A stretch of 64,000 nt of DNA from Paraspadella gotoi (GCA_051294375.1 CM119266.1:14796652-14860651); one strand, 5' to 3'. Counted from the first letter of the stretch, positions 12,800 through 27,015 are shown. The notes: generated by a model not told the origin, from the letters alone. Made by a program: numbers and translations.

Positions 12800-15700
12800 A
12801 AATTATGATAATGGCTTCTCTAGTTCATGACGATGCCATTGCAAGTTTCCATAATAATCCATGTGCGCCAAGTGTTCCGTGGAGTATGTTCAGTAATTAA
12901 TACGTAGTTTATTGATTTTTAAATCATCGTTTTTGTATTTCATCCATTATTTCTCTTAAATTATGGTTATGGTTTTTTTGCGCAGTCCACGTTCCGCCAA
13001 AGAGTGCGTCTCGCCAGATTTCTCTGACTACGCCATGTTGCCTCATTGGTGTCTCTTCAGACGGTGCATTGGGTAATAGGTTCTAATGCTGCAGGGAAAT
13101 TGCAGGTAGGGTAGAGAAAGTTCTTGCGACAAAACTATTGCCATGTGATCTGAGGAGTCATAGGTAAGTGTCTTTATTTAAGATCGATTGAAAGATCTCA
13201 CAATGGATTGTATTGAAGAGTGTCCACGGTCGGTTGCTCCGGCATTTGCTGCGCTGCAATATGTTTTTGTCCGATTCGTATCAAGTCTTTGCAAATCCTC
13301 CCCAATGAGGTGTGTAGGTGGTGCGTGAATGTCCATTCATTCTCTTCAATGTATTTTGTCGATGTACAATTTTTATCGTCTTCAGTTTTTCGCATTGTTT
13401 TTTTAAGTCGTTGTTTGCCAGGCACCTTGTAAAGTTAGTGCATTGTCAGAATATTATCTCTCTTCAAGACCAGGGAAATGAACCTTTTGACACGAATGAG
13501 GATAAAGCACTGACTCAGTTGACATATCTTTTAATGTCTCAAAGACGACTGCTCTTGTGGCTAAACAAAGTTAACAATAGCAACGTTTTCTTGTTCATCC
13601 TCTCCTGCCATCTTAACTTGAAAGGGTCCAAAGACGTCGACCCAGTGTTTCGAAGGGAATAGTGGGATCAACTCGATATATGGAAGATCTGCATTTTTCT
13701 GTGGAGTGGGTATTTTAAATAACCTCTGACATGTGATGATTTCTTCACTATTGTTCAACTGCTTGCCGGCCCTCCAAAGCAAATATATTGTCTGTTTTAA
13801 AAAGGAATGTGGCTCCTGTTCCCGCATGCCATCAGTGCTTGATGTTCATCTTCAATAATTGAGTTGACGACTTCATCAATTTTTTTCGGGAAGGATCAGT
13901 GGAATATTTCATTATCGTAGGTAGGCTTGTTGCATTGCTGAGGCCCCTCCTGTTCTCATGGCAACCATCCTCGTCAACAAACGGTTCACATCGTGATCTG
14001 GAACTACGGCTCAATCCTTATGTGCATCTGTGACCTGACCCCTTACGAGCTCAAATAATTCCGCTTTTAAGTGCCTTTGTTGCACAGCATCGTATTAGGA
14101 TTTCTTTTGCGTAACGAACACTTGTTGTATCTAACATGATGTTTTTTAAAATTTGCCTTTATTTTTCTTTTTCAAGATATTCACCGATTTCCTTGACATT
14201 TTTAGAAAAAATAGGCTCAACTCTACGTACTTTTCATCGATTCACCTAGTCCTTTGTGTCATTCTCAATGCCAAGCCTCTTCACCTCATCCTCGGGTATA
14301 AAAAACAGCTGGGTATTCTCTTGTAGCATTGATCAGCGCCAGTTCTACAAGGTAGAAGGCACTTCTTTAATGGACTTCAATTTTTTCTGGTTCTTAGTTT
14401 GTTGGCCTTTTTTATCTTTTTCAGGGTCTTTGTGATAGGCCAACTTTCGGGCGTTACTCATCCATTCTGGTCCTTCATGAAAATTTTCCATTTCTCCACA
14501 ACCCTCTCCTCTTCAAGTCCTCTACTGTATAATCCGCGATTCAACTCTCCTGGAAGTTCCCCAGTGCAGTTATTGAGTAAGTGAGCGAATTGCTTTTAAT
14601 CCTAAAATTTTCAAAAATGTGCGGATCGTTGGTCAACCTCTGTAAATCCATTTCAGACAGTTGATGAGTCGTCAGCATCAAACTTTTCGTCGAATATTTC
14701 TCCCAGATTCTCTGTGATGGTGTCACGCATCTGCGCAGCAAAGACGAGCAAGTTCAACTCAAGACGGGCTGCTGTCCCCATGCTCATTTTGAACCTGGAA
14801 TTTTTATTCTCTGCATTTGTGATGGTACAACATGAGCTCGTGCATGAAATTGAAAATTTTATGTCTCCACTTAACTCATTTTCCTTCTTCAATGTAGGCT
14901 ACTGCTCCATATCCTTCAGGGAAGGCGTCGCAACACACTATTAGCGTAGTTTCGTCACTGCTTAACCCATCAAGAGAGGTCTCGTGAATTCTCAGTTCTT
15001 TAAAGTAAATGCTTTTTCCCATTTATCAAATTCTTTGTAAATGTCATCAGGTTTCAATCCCATTCATTTTGGTTACATAAACTTTTGAGCTAACATTCTC
15101 CTTTTTATAATATATGGCGATGCAAACCCCATGGGATCAAAGACTGATGCGATAAAATCGCCACATTTTCTCTCTGGTTTACTTCCTTTTCAACCTTCCC
15201 GGTAATTCCTAATGAAATAAGACGTCATGAAAAAAAATTATAACCTGCTCCAAAACTTTGGTCGCAAATTCGCCTTCAGACGGGTCTGCTAGCAAAGCAT
15301 TTTCAGCAAGAGTTTTTAAGTCATCAATCAATTCACCATCACTGTCCGCCAGTCAGCAAATATTACGGCGGCAGCTTCCTGCTTCAAGTGTCCTGCAAGA
15401 GCTTCAGATGGGAAGACTGCCATTTTCCGAGTTCAAAGCCTCCAACTTTCAATGCCTCATAAGTTTCCTTCTCATTTTCTTGCTTCTTTTAATTCATCTA
15501 AGGATATCCAAGATAGTTCCATCAACATAGAAATTTAAGAAAATAGGGGCAATGATAATTTCTGTGAAAATTATACTCAATCGAATTTCCATGATACTGT
15601 AGAACGAATGTGGATACACCAGGCTTCCTGCTCCACCAAAGATGTGAACCAAAGGTTCAAGTGTTTTTCTAAAAAGTCGTCAATGCTTTTGTCCTTTGTA

Positions 15701-18700
15701 TAAAGAAGTAATCTAAAAGGCTCCAATTCATTTATGTATCACGTTCATTTGATGAAAGAAGAGTTTTAATATCTGCGGCCAGGGTAATTCTTTCTTTAAA
15801 TTTGAAAAGAATATCCGAGCCAGTGGAGTTAAATGTCAGGATCCCAGGAATTAATGATCAATCAATGAGGAGTCCTTTGACCCTTCGACGCGGCATCTTG
15901 TACCTAGATCCTAAAATTCCCTGGGCTTGTCCGACGAGTGACACAAGAAGGGTGTATAGATTCAGGTTTGACTTTTCCAAAGTGTTACTAAAGTACTTTA
16001 CTTGCAATGTCCCATCTCGATGGTTTCTCCATCGTTTGAAGACTCCATTCGCAAGACTTGATCTTGTCTGCAATCTTTTGGGCCGTCTTTTGGCCGGTTT
16101 TTGCATTTTAATTAGAATCTTCTTTTAACTGTTTCAAAGTACTTGGCCGTCCTTTCTCGTCCCTTCTTCAGGGTGAAGGAGCATGAATGTCCCGTAACTG
16201 GATTCTTTCTAATTCCATCTTCAAAGTTGCTTAATTGGCTATAAAGATCTTGTTGCAGAGGTGGGTATTACTCTGAGGGGTATCTCTCATCTCCCGTAGA
16301 ATAAAATCATGCTAAACATAGGTGCTTATATCTTCAGGTATGTCAGTATTTTACCATCTCGAGACGTCCAATGCAACAACTTAAGAGCTCTTCATCTTTC
16401 CACAAGAGTCAGATTGCCCCGATCAGGTCCATCAAAAGACGTTTGGAGGGCCGTCGGTTGGCCCAATTTGTCCCATTCTCAACTGCGCCTCCCACCCAAC
16501 ATGGAGGCAAAGCGAGCACAAGAATCAATCACGGCATCGTCGTCGAGGCTCGTAAATTTGGACCCCTCCAATATAATGAATAACTAAAATATCTTCGTTT
16601 CTACAGGTTGTCATTTCATGGTAAGTACGCTCAGCCTACAAGATCTTTTTAAATTGGTTTCATTGATCATCTAATCCCGCGATGGAAGGTAACATAATCT
16701 CTCCTCAGCATCTTGGAAACTGTGATAATCATAAAGTTTGTTAAATTTGTATGAAAAAGTGTAGTATGGTTCATCTTATCAATATATCACTATCCTAGAT
16801 GCAAACATGCAGAGAGTGTCGCTTTCCACTGTCCAACATGGGCATATGTCAAGGCCTTATTTGCCCCGTTCGAAACAACACCGGAAACAATTGGGGCGGA
16901 AAGCCCCGGCCCGTGGCATACGCCGCCGAAGTCAGGGGAGTCGATGGCTTGGGGTGGATCGAAACGTGGTGTTCGATCTCCACGAAGTCTGCACCCGATC
17001 ATCCGTATGTTGAACAGCGTGCGAATTGCAAACATGTGCCAAATTGCAGACACAGTAACACAGAACACTTCTCTCTTAGAGCGTTCGCTCATCTTGGCTT
17101 CAAGGACTCAAGTTAAGTATTTGTACATTCACCAGATTGTGACCTTGTTAGAGAAAGCGCACATTTTGTGTGATGGCGATCTGGAGCATGGGGTGCTGAT
17201 CGGAGTTGGATTGTAGGAAAGCTAGTGTATCAACACTTGGCAGATACATGTGTCAGATGAACTGTTGCGAGAAAATTAAGAATTTCTAGGGTTTGAGTTC
17301 AGATCTAGTCATCGTTGATCGTCGAAATAGTCCGTCGATTGTCCGAGATGACGACTCGGTTTTCTGAATCTTTATTTGTCTTTTTCAGGAAACGAAAAAT
17401 TCGTCAAAAACTAGGGTTCAAGTCATTGACAAATCGTCATTTTCATCATCCAACTTGGGGCGAGAGTTGTCCTGTCTGCCATCCTTCTTAGCCCAATCGT
17501 TGCCAACATGAGGAACCTTATATGATAAGAAGTCTCATTGTAAGTCTCCTGAGTACCAAAACTCCTGCCGCGCGGACCCGATTGCAGGCCAATCTGTAAA
17601 TCTTTTCCAGTTACGAGGAACAGCGGTTTTAATGGTTGCTGGATCTTTGTTTGTGATTTTTCCTCTTTTAAACCCTCCTCTAACATTGTTCTGAGCCGTG
17701 TGAGATCTTTTTCCGATTCGAATCTTTTAAATGTCTCTTTTTGCCCTTTTTTTAGTGACCTCTGAAAATTTCACCACGAACTGCTTCATACTGACCTATG
17801 AGTGAAGAGCGTCTCTGCGAAATATTCTTCAATCAAGCGGATTAACCATCACTTCGCGTCAGTGATACCATCCACTTAGACGTAGTGAGACAAAGGTTTT
17901 AATTGAGCTCACAAGTCAACTTTTTTTGTCTCGGCATTGAATTTGTGTTTTGGTCTTTCTGTCTTCACCAACATATTGCCTCTGAGATGTGTGCATTTGT
18001 AATCGACACAATTGCGTCATTGGATTATTAAAGGTTGGAGTGGAAGGACTTGCGTGTCCTATGGGTGTCGGCAACACTACAAAGGCGCTGCTCATGAAGG
18101 CTGTATATCACCCGGAAGCGGGCTGCACGATGATCACGCGATGCATACAGGCGACTGAACAACAGGCGCTGCGTCACCGGAAGTGGCGGCGACCCGATGG
18201 CGACGACAACTGTAAGTTGCATTGTGGGACATCGCGTCGATCGAACATCGCACTGTGACAACGCTGTCACTGTCGGGCCGATGATGCTCTCAACATGCGA
18301 AAGTGGCGCCGGCAATGACGATGTCATCGAGGTGGCACGGGTAGGTAACATCAGTGGGAGCGGAATCAAAGGTTGGGTCATGCAACTCACAACCGGCTGT
18401 TCCATTGCAAAGGCGAAGTTCACTGTTGGATAAATGGGTCTAATCGGCGACAACTGCAACATCTCGGGTAGGCGGCTCCGTAGCCTAACGAATGGAACAG
18501 TGCCATCGCTGAATCGCGGCCTCAACACGTGCCCTCAATGTAGTGTTTCAAACAACGGTGTTTTCACGTGAGTTAAGTTTGAAGACCATCGAAATCAGTT
18601 CCCTAATCAATCCTCTTCATCAATTTCAAGCTCTCTGATTTCTATTTCTCTCTCGTTTTATTTCGAATTTTCTATTTGTTTTCGTTTTTTCTTCTATTTC

Positions 18701-19230
18701 AGCTTCAAATATTTTTTGTTTACTTTCAAAATCTTACCTGCAAGGCGCTTCCAATTCAAGTCGACCTCTTCTCCGCGGTTTTGGCTTTCTCTAATCATCG
18801 ATGCTTTCTGTCGATGCTTCTGGATGCGCTATGACGCCTACTTGACGGTGCTCTTTTTGGCGTGATTGACGTGTCGTGCGGTGGATATCTGAGTCGACAA
18901 GGTTAACTGTCGGTACACACGCGAAAACGGGAAGAGACCTTACGCAATTTGCACGTTGGTGGCTTTGGGTGAGCAGATATTTGTTTGTAGTATTGCGTGA
19001 GATTGTCGGTTGATGGCCATAATGTACCATATTCTTCACGCAATTCGGACCTCGTATGTTAATCGCAGAAAAACTCTTAAGTTGACGCAAACGGAATGGG
19101 CGAAAAGGCACCCGAGGATACTGATTGCACGCGGAGATGAGCGTGCGGAGGAGTTGGCGTAGTGATTGCGGATGAAATCGTTCTCTTGGGAACTCCTTGA
19201 AAGCATGTTTAACTCTCATCAAGACCATGT
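12800..19230 (-). mobile_element. Degenerate BEL/Pao LTR retrotransposon (gag-protease-RT-RNaseH-integrase)
   Basis: Motifs in correct order on the minus strand across frameshifts: Cys/His knuckle remnants (~17200-17000); RT pieces VQDAASK, DILFKF, LAADIK, HIFG, NFYVDG (~15900-15520); FIASVFDPMGFASPY (~15160-15115); RNaseH pieces LIVCCDA..GYGAVAY (~14945-14895) and RLEL (~14760); integrase pieces WTFT, LIRI and ILNKRHL (~13330-13160). Confidence 0.85.
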
Positions 19231-20533
19231 ATATCCGATCTGAGTCCAGTTTTGTTCTCCCGCTTATATTATCTTTCAAACACTGCTCCCGTTTTCTAGC
19301 GCAGCTACCTCGCTGCATGTTTGTCTTTCCTCAGCAACAACGTCCGGCGTCGGGTCATATTTTGCCCAGATTGCAAATTTGCTTTTGAAATGGTCAACCC
19401 TTCCGCTAATTGGGCGACGTAAATTAATCCTCCTCCCTCTCCTGTTACATGCTCGGGATCCGAAATATCCTAATAGAGACTCTCCATCTTTATTTAGACT
19501 AAAAAACCAGAGTGTTCTCATTGGAATTTATTAATATAATCAAATTGCAAATCGAGTTTGTTTATTTCATCAAGTGTTTGCGTATACGAATTTTATTTTA
19601 TTAGGCACAATATGTGTAGACTTTTATAAGGCACAAGTAGAATGAGTATTTTATTTTTTTTTTTTTTGTCGCAACAGCCGGGCCTGTTTTCGGGGCCACA
19701 GTTCTGGCTTGTATTCGCGGCGTTTTGGCTTATTCGCTCGGCTTTTGGTTTTTTTATCGGCCGGGTTGCTTTTAATCGGCCGGGGCTAGGCTATCACGAA
19801 CTCGTCAGAGGGTCGACGCCGTATCTATACTGCATTCACTTTGCGCTCTTTCGCGCACTGCCAGTGATCAAAAAATGTATTGTAGGCCGAGAGATAGGGC
19901 TTCCCCGCCCAGTTCCTCGTACCGCAAAAGTTTATGGCCCACCCATACCAGCTGTTTCCCTCCCGCACCGGCGGTGTCGGCATAAAAAATGTTTCACCCT
20001 TTTAACGAGGTGTCTCGTATGGCGCGTTATTTAGTTTTTATTATATCAATTAGTTAATGTTGCTTACTGATTGCCCAATTGTTTTCAAATGTTTAATTGT
20101 GCGTGAGAATTATTATAATATATGGTCACCGCGCGCTTCCGCAACTCTAGGCTTTGCCTAGGACGTAGATCCCTATAAACTGAATGAGAGCCAGAATGTG
20201 AGAACCAACGGTAACATGTTGACGAAGTTCAAAACACCTAGTAATAAACAAAGAATTAGCATTTCTACTAAAATATCAGGTTTCATATCTTAACAATGTC
20301 GGCTCTGCCGATCATGAACCATAACTTAAGAATAAGTCAAAGAAGACTAAAGAAAAGTATGAAATATTAAAGCACTAAATCTTTCCTGGTCTCCCAGCGT
20401 CGTCTTTGGCAGTCAAACTCTCAAAGCTCAAATCTAAGAGCCTCGTTTCTATTTGGAAGCGAGTCTCTTAATTTAAGAGTTGCCATGCCTTGTGTCGTGG
20501 CGGAGGCTCATAACGTTGGCGAATTATATTATA

Positions 20534-20628
20534 CACTGCTTTGTTTTTCTTTCCATTTGGTGTTCATATCTTTGTCTTTTCTCCCTCTCCTCTCTCTTTC
20601 TCTCTTCTTCTCTCTCTCTCCTCTCTCT

Positions 20629-20672
<44 letters not shown>

Positions 20673-23600
20673 GTGTTTCCTTTTCCACTCTTTCTTTTTT
20701 CCCGCCCATAAAAAAAATNNNNNNNNNNNNNNNNNNNNNNNNNCCATATTTCGCAAAACTCGCAGCTTCTTTCAACTCATTCATTCTGTCTCCATTCCTA
20801 ACGTTTCTTCCTCTTTCCTTTCCTCCTTTTTCATTCGGAATTCCTCCTTTTTCCTCCTATTCTTCCCTTTTTTCCTCAGTTTTTTTTTTCGGTCACTCCC
20901 TCCTTTCCCCACAGTTCCCGCCCCTTTTCTAGTTTTCCCTTTTATTTCTTTTCCCTCGCCTCTTCATTTCTCGTCTCCTCGCGGGAGTCTTTCTTTTTTC
21001 TTCTTTTATCTCTCAATTTCATGTTTTTATCTACCTCTCAGTTTTTTTGTTCATTTTTTTTGCACAATATCTCCGCCTCCCTTCCACCTCTCTTTCTTCT
21101 TTATTTCCCTCTCTTTATACTTTCCTCCCTTCTCCTTTTTTATCCACCGCTCGTCCCTTTCTCCCTTTTTTTTCATGCCTTCTTTCTTTCCTTCTCCACC
21201 CTTTCCTCCTCCCTCTTTTCCTTCCCCCCCTCTTTCCANNNNNNNNNNNNNNNNNNNNNNNNNNNNNNNNNNNNNNNNNNNNNNNNNNNNNNNNNNNNNN
21301 NNNNNNNNNNNNNNNNNNNNNNNNNNNNNNNNNNNNNNNNNNNNNNNNNNNNNNNNNNNNNNNNNNNNNNNNNNNNNNNNNNNNNNNNNNNNNNNNNNNN
21401 NNNNNNNNNNNNNNNNNNNNNNNNCTTTCCTTTCCTCCCTATTTTCCTTTCCTCCCCCTCTCCTCCCTTCCTTCCCCCGGCATTTGTTAACTTTTCCGCT
21501 TCTTTCGACGCGGATCCTTTTTCTTCTCCGGCGGAGCGGTGACACTTGGATGCCGCTTCGGCCGCCTCTCTCCATCTCTCTCGGCTCCGCCACCGCCGCC
21601 GAAGCCGCTGCCGGCGCCGACGCCGCCTTCATAGTCACCGCCAGCCACGCCGGCCGAAACCGCCGCCTCTCGGAGGCCGTCTTTCACTCCTCGGTTGTCG
21701 TCGTCGTCGTCGTCGTTGCCTCCTGATCGATTGTCTGCTCATCAAGGGGAGTCCCTCTTCCCGATCCGGGCGACCGGCGGATGCGACGGCCCCGGAACCG
21801 TCGACCCCGCGCACCGGCACCGAACATCGGCACCGTATGTTGCGGTTCATGCGGCGCCTCCTTGAGACGAAATTCCTTTCCCCTTCATTCCGAGGCGAAT
21901 CCTATCAATTTTTCCCTTTTTCGACTTTCTATTTTTCTCTGTTTTTTCTGTCTTTCTGTTTTATTTAGTAAATTTTATTTAAGTAAGTCATCTTGCTGTT
22001 TTTCTACCTCTTTTCCCTCTGGGCTTGCGTGTCTCTTAATCCCACCTTCTACGCCAACCCGCTCTCTTTATTTTCTCCCTAACTCCTTCCTTTATCTCTC
22101 TCCTCATCCCTCCCTTTTCCTCCTTCCCCCTCTCTCCCTCTCTCCTCTCCCTCCCCCTCTCCCCTGGGCGGCGTTAAACGGCGGAAGATGAAGCGGCGCC
22201 CTCTATCGGCGCCCCGTGGCGCTAACGGCGGACACGATGAATGCCGTTTAGCGCCCCTCTATTCGTCGCCCCCGTGTGCGTTCCTTAACGCTGTTCTAAT
22301 CTGTCCGATCTTCTTCGAAGCTATGGATGAGTTCTTTCTTGGTTCCGTTCTGGTCGCGGCGGGTCTGGTCGCCGTGCCGTCTCATTGACGCGGCCCCTGC
22401 GCGCGCGCCCGCCGCACGCGGCGGGGCGGCCGTATGTCGTTATTGGCGGGTCGGTCGGTATCTGCGAACGTGTAATCGAGCCTGAGGGATAAGTTATTAG
22501 TTGCTCTTTTTTTAAACTTCTGTCTTCTATCTCGACGGTTCGATTCTGATGTTAGAGTATCAATATCGTGCAGTGTGAGTAGGAAAGTATAAAAGCACTG
22601 CGCTGTAGAGAGGTAAAAGACATATTCTAGATGCGTGGGAGTCCGCAAACCGACGATCTCGCGGGGACGAAGTGCCTGAAAGAGTGAGGTATGGAGGAAT
22701 AGTTCGCGATATTGAGAGAATCCTCCGAAAGCAAAGAAGAGTTTAGACGTTCCGGCTAAGTCAAATAAAACCAGAAAGAATCCATTTGGAGGTCAACTCG
22801 GGCGTCGAAAGAAGTATAGGCCGGCCAGGGGACATTGATGGTCAGGCATTGTGGAGCACAAAAGGCATCAGATGATGGCCCGACACAACCCGAGTGGCTG
22901 TACGTCTTGAGCTCGTGAATCTGAGTTATAGCCAAATTGTCAGGAGAGACAAGAGAGTGAATGAGAAATAAAATGGCATGATCTGATGAAACGGGAAGAT
23001 GAAAACAAGAAACGTCGGAATAAGTCGAAATCCCCGAAGAACCTGATGAGAATGGTGAATGGCCGGGCGCAGAATATAAGTGACCGGTCAGTAGGAAAGA
23101 GAGAAGGTGCGAGGAAAAGTAATGATCGATTAGGGTCCAGGACATAGTGAGGGAGAATATAAAGTGAAGGAAGAAAAAGGGAAATTCTCTGGATTGGAGG
23201 AATGTAAGAATACTTTGGTAGCAAAGAGAATAAAGTAAGAAGAAGAGGAATCAAAATATAATCACGATGAGGGGAATAAGACGAGAAAGCCAGTGTCGCT
23301 GGGAGGGATGTGCAAGAGAAAGACTGGAAAGGTTACATAGAATTAAGGAAGTAAACCAAAGGAGAATGAAAATGTCGTGAGAGCAGAGAAGTTGGGATCA
23401 GAAGAAAAAAGAAAAAGGAAGATAAAAACAAAACGATAAAATAAAATTATTAATTATATGACTTGGAAACTTGAAACTAATTTCAATACCTGTGTAAATT
23501 AAAGTTAAAATTAAAAAAAGATAAAACGACTTGAAGATTTGTCGAACAGATGTAGATTGGTTCGAGACAACGGAGTAAAGGTCATATTTACGAACATATA

Positions 23601-25604
23601 CCGCAAGAGCGAGGGCGTGTCCGCTCGCTTTCCCTCACTGTTCAATTGACCCGTCGCGTGCATGCTGTGACGCTCCCCGAAGCAGAATTTATGCATGCCC
23701 TGCTTCGGCTCTGGCTGGAGGAGGCGTACTGCAGATGGTGAGTGTCGGTCCATCTCGTTGCTCGACTCTATCTCTCAGGATCTCGCTCGTCCTTCTCGGT
23801 GCTCTGCTGTTTCTCGATCACAATCCCCCGATGAGCTCCTAAGCTCGGACGAGAGAACAGAAGAGGAGAGAGCAGAAGATCGTCATCATCATCGTCTCAG
23901 AGAAGAGTCCGCAGGAGGACAAGAGAGTAGCAGAGACTCTATTCGACTCGCACGTCCAAGAGAGATCAGAGAGAGGAGAGGAGAGAAATCTGAAGGCATT
24001 AATGCGAAGTCAACATACAAAATTCGAGAAAAATATTCAATGAGCAGTTACGAGAAATGAAAACGAGTAGAAAAGAAAAAAAGAAAGCAGAAATAGCAGA
24101 AGAGTCGGGTGGTCAACACAGAGACAGTGAAGAGATCGACAAATCAAGCACGATCTCTTCGCTCCTCGACAGACGTGGTCCAATCGATCATTTTCTCCTC
24201 CTCTCTTCTCTCGTCAGAGCTCTCTCTGCTTCTCTTCATTCTTCCTCCTTTGGTCTCTCCTCTCTCCTCCTCTCTCCATTTCCTTCATTACGAAGGTCGG
24301 AAAGGCTGAGGGTCGGTTGTCGCCCGGCTGCCTCGGTCTTAAGGCCCGACTTAACCCACCCTCCTTTCCAACCCTTCTCTTCCTACCCTCTCTCCTGCTC
24401 GGTGCGACCGCGGAAGCTCGAGAGTCACGCCGCCGCCTTCCGGAAGTGGCGCCGGGCGTAACCAGCGGTCGAGGGGGAAACGGCGCCGGCGATAGAGGCG
24501 AAAAGCGGCGCCGGTATTCGCGCCGACGTCGACCGGCGTCGACCACGACCAGACTCCCGGTCCCCGTCGCTTCTCCATCTGCGGAAGCGTCTCGGCCGCT
24601 TCCCTCCTCTCATCTCTCTCCACTTCCTTCTCCGGTCTCTCTCTCTCTCTCCTCTCTCTCTCTTCTCTCTCTCTCTCCATCTTGTCTCTTTCCGCCCGCG
24701 CCGGCTTTTGCGACCGCTCCAGAGGCGTCAGTCGCGCCTCGCTTCTCCCCGCGTTCTTTCCTCCTTACCCTCTCGGCCTCGACGCCTGTCCCTCACCCGC
24801 CTCTCCCCCCACGCTCCCCCCCCTATTTTCCCATGTTCGCCTTCTCTTTTTCTTCCATTTCTTTTTTTCCCCTTTTATTTGTCTCTCTACGAAGATTCTT
24901 TCTTCCAACGTTTGTCTTAATCCTCTCTCTCGTTTCTTAACTTAAGCATATTATCCTATCTTAATCTTATCTCTACTTTCTTTTATCTCTTTCAGTCTTT
25001 CTTTTCTTTCATTCTTTCCCCCTCCCCCTCTGCACGCCACTTGACTCCTCACCCGATTTCTCCCCCTCCTCCTTTCTTCCCTTCCCTCTTTCTCTCCGTG
25101 ATTCACGGCCGCTTAAAAAAAAAGAAAAAGAAAAAAAAAAGAAGAATCGGCATTCCGCGGTTCGGGAGTCGTTCGGCACGGTTCGGAACCCGCCGCGCCG
25201 CGCCGCTCCGGCGGCCGGCCGGATTTTCCGGCGGTGAATCGTCGGGTCGGCGGCCGGCGGAGCGGCGCGGGCGGTGAGGAGATGGCCACCGCCGGGGAAC
25301 AGGACCGCGCCGCGAGACCGCCACCCAATAGCGCCGCCCCCGGAGTTTCGCCTTCCCCGCCGAATCCCGTCCGGGTTGTGGGGGTCGGGGGGCGAGCCGA
25401 CGACCGACGAGGTGGGTTGCAAGGGTCCGGGGATGTGTGGATGGAGTAGAGCGCGGGAAGTGAGGGGGGGACGTGAAACCGGAGTTGCCGTTTGAGCGAG
25501 ACAATCTGGTTTTGAGAGCGAAAGCTTGTCGCGGACAATAAAAAAATAGAGACAAGGACGTTCTTTCCGACATTTGAAGTTGCACTCCTCCTAAGGGGTC
25601 AGAA

Positions 25605-25671
<67 letters not shown>

Positions 25672-26959
25672 TAGTTCCAACAGCTAAGAAGGCTGAGTCA
25701 TAACTATCCGAACGTGGGTTCCGAGTTCAAAGATTATATCTCTTCCAATTGTTCGAATTTATAGAAGCAAGAAGCAAGAATCGCTAAAACATCAATCGGA
25801 AAAGGGGGCGTTGCGGATAATTGACCGGTTGGTTCGGGGATTTCAGTGTCGCTCGTGGAAGTTAATTGGTTACAACTTCTTGTTCTTTAATGACCACTGT
25901 CCAGTGGTCTAGTCTTCTCCCAAAAAAATTAAACAAGAAATTGACCCCATACTTTTAACCGGGTCCTCAATGTTTTAAAGACAATAACTGCGGAGTAAAT
26001 TGAAGTCGGACGCTTCTGCTTCTCTTTCGACAACAACAACAACGACTCGATCCAGGATAACGTTGAGCCATTATCGTTGTTCCGAAGCTCTCTACGCCAT
26101 TAGTAGTAATCTCTCTCTCCGCTTTGATGCTGAACATTTGCCGCGTAGAAGACAATCAGGCGAGATGTTATAATGTAGCGAGTTTGCTCTTAGCAATTTT
26201 TCTCAGCCTTAATAATAGTAATAAATTTTTCGTTAATAATTCATTGCTTTTGTTTTGCGTCACCGCTTTATTGCTTTTTCCTTTCTTTTATTGAATCGGA
26301 ATCTGCGTTCCTTCTTTTCTTTTCTTATTTCTAATTCTCAGGTTCCATTCCGTTAATATCTGTTCCATCCATTAATCATTATACTCATTCTTTCCTTTCT
26401 TTATTTTCAATTAAATCATTCATTCTTTTTTTATTTCCGTTTCGTTCGTTAATCCTTTTTCATTCGTTTCTTCAATCGCTTTCTCTCCATTCATTTCTCT
26501 CTCGCCTTCCATCCCGTTCAAAACCAATTCGCGATCGGCCGAGCTTTCATATTAAACTGTCCGCCGGAAAATTAAACGCGAGACGAGGGTTGGACGTATG
26601 AGAGAGAGAGAGAGAGAGAGAGAGTGGAAAAAAAATTAAATAAAAAAAAGGAAAAAATAAAGATTGGATTGAATTTATTCGATATTTTCCATGACTGATG
26701 GATTTAGAGGGGGGGATGGAAACAGATTTGAAGCCATGATTAGAAAAGAATTCAGAGAGCGGAAGAAGGAGAGAAAGTAGGATAGAAAGAAAGAATAAAA
26801 AAGATAGAAATAAAGTAAGAAAAATGCAAGAGTGGGATAGAACGATCTAGAAAGAGGAAAGAAAGAAAAGAAAAAAAAAAGAAATTTATGAAGAAAAGAA
26901 GGAAAGAAAAAAAAAGCTGAAGTAAAAAGATTGAGCGAGAGAAAGAAAAATGGAATTCC
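20534..26959. repeat. Outer piece of palindrome right arm (reverse complement of ~348-5543)
   Basis: Resumes where 6081-6417 stops (cactgctttg...tctt occurs at both 6398 and 20534). Contains N gaps and a garbled, expanded stretch at ~22230-24250. Confidence 0.92.
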
Positions 26960-26970
26960 ATCTCTCGCTC

Positions 26971-27015
<45 letters not shown>

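Noticed and set aside
348-26959. Giant TIR transposon (Polinton/Maverick or foldback) with 5-kb TIRs
   Set aside because: No polB, ATPase, capsid or transposase motifs seen. The true symmetry centre is at ~5.97 kb, not mid-block, and the interior is unrelated LTR debris.
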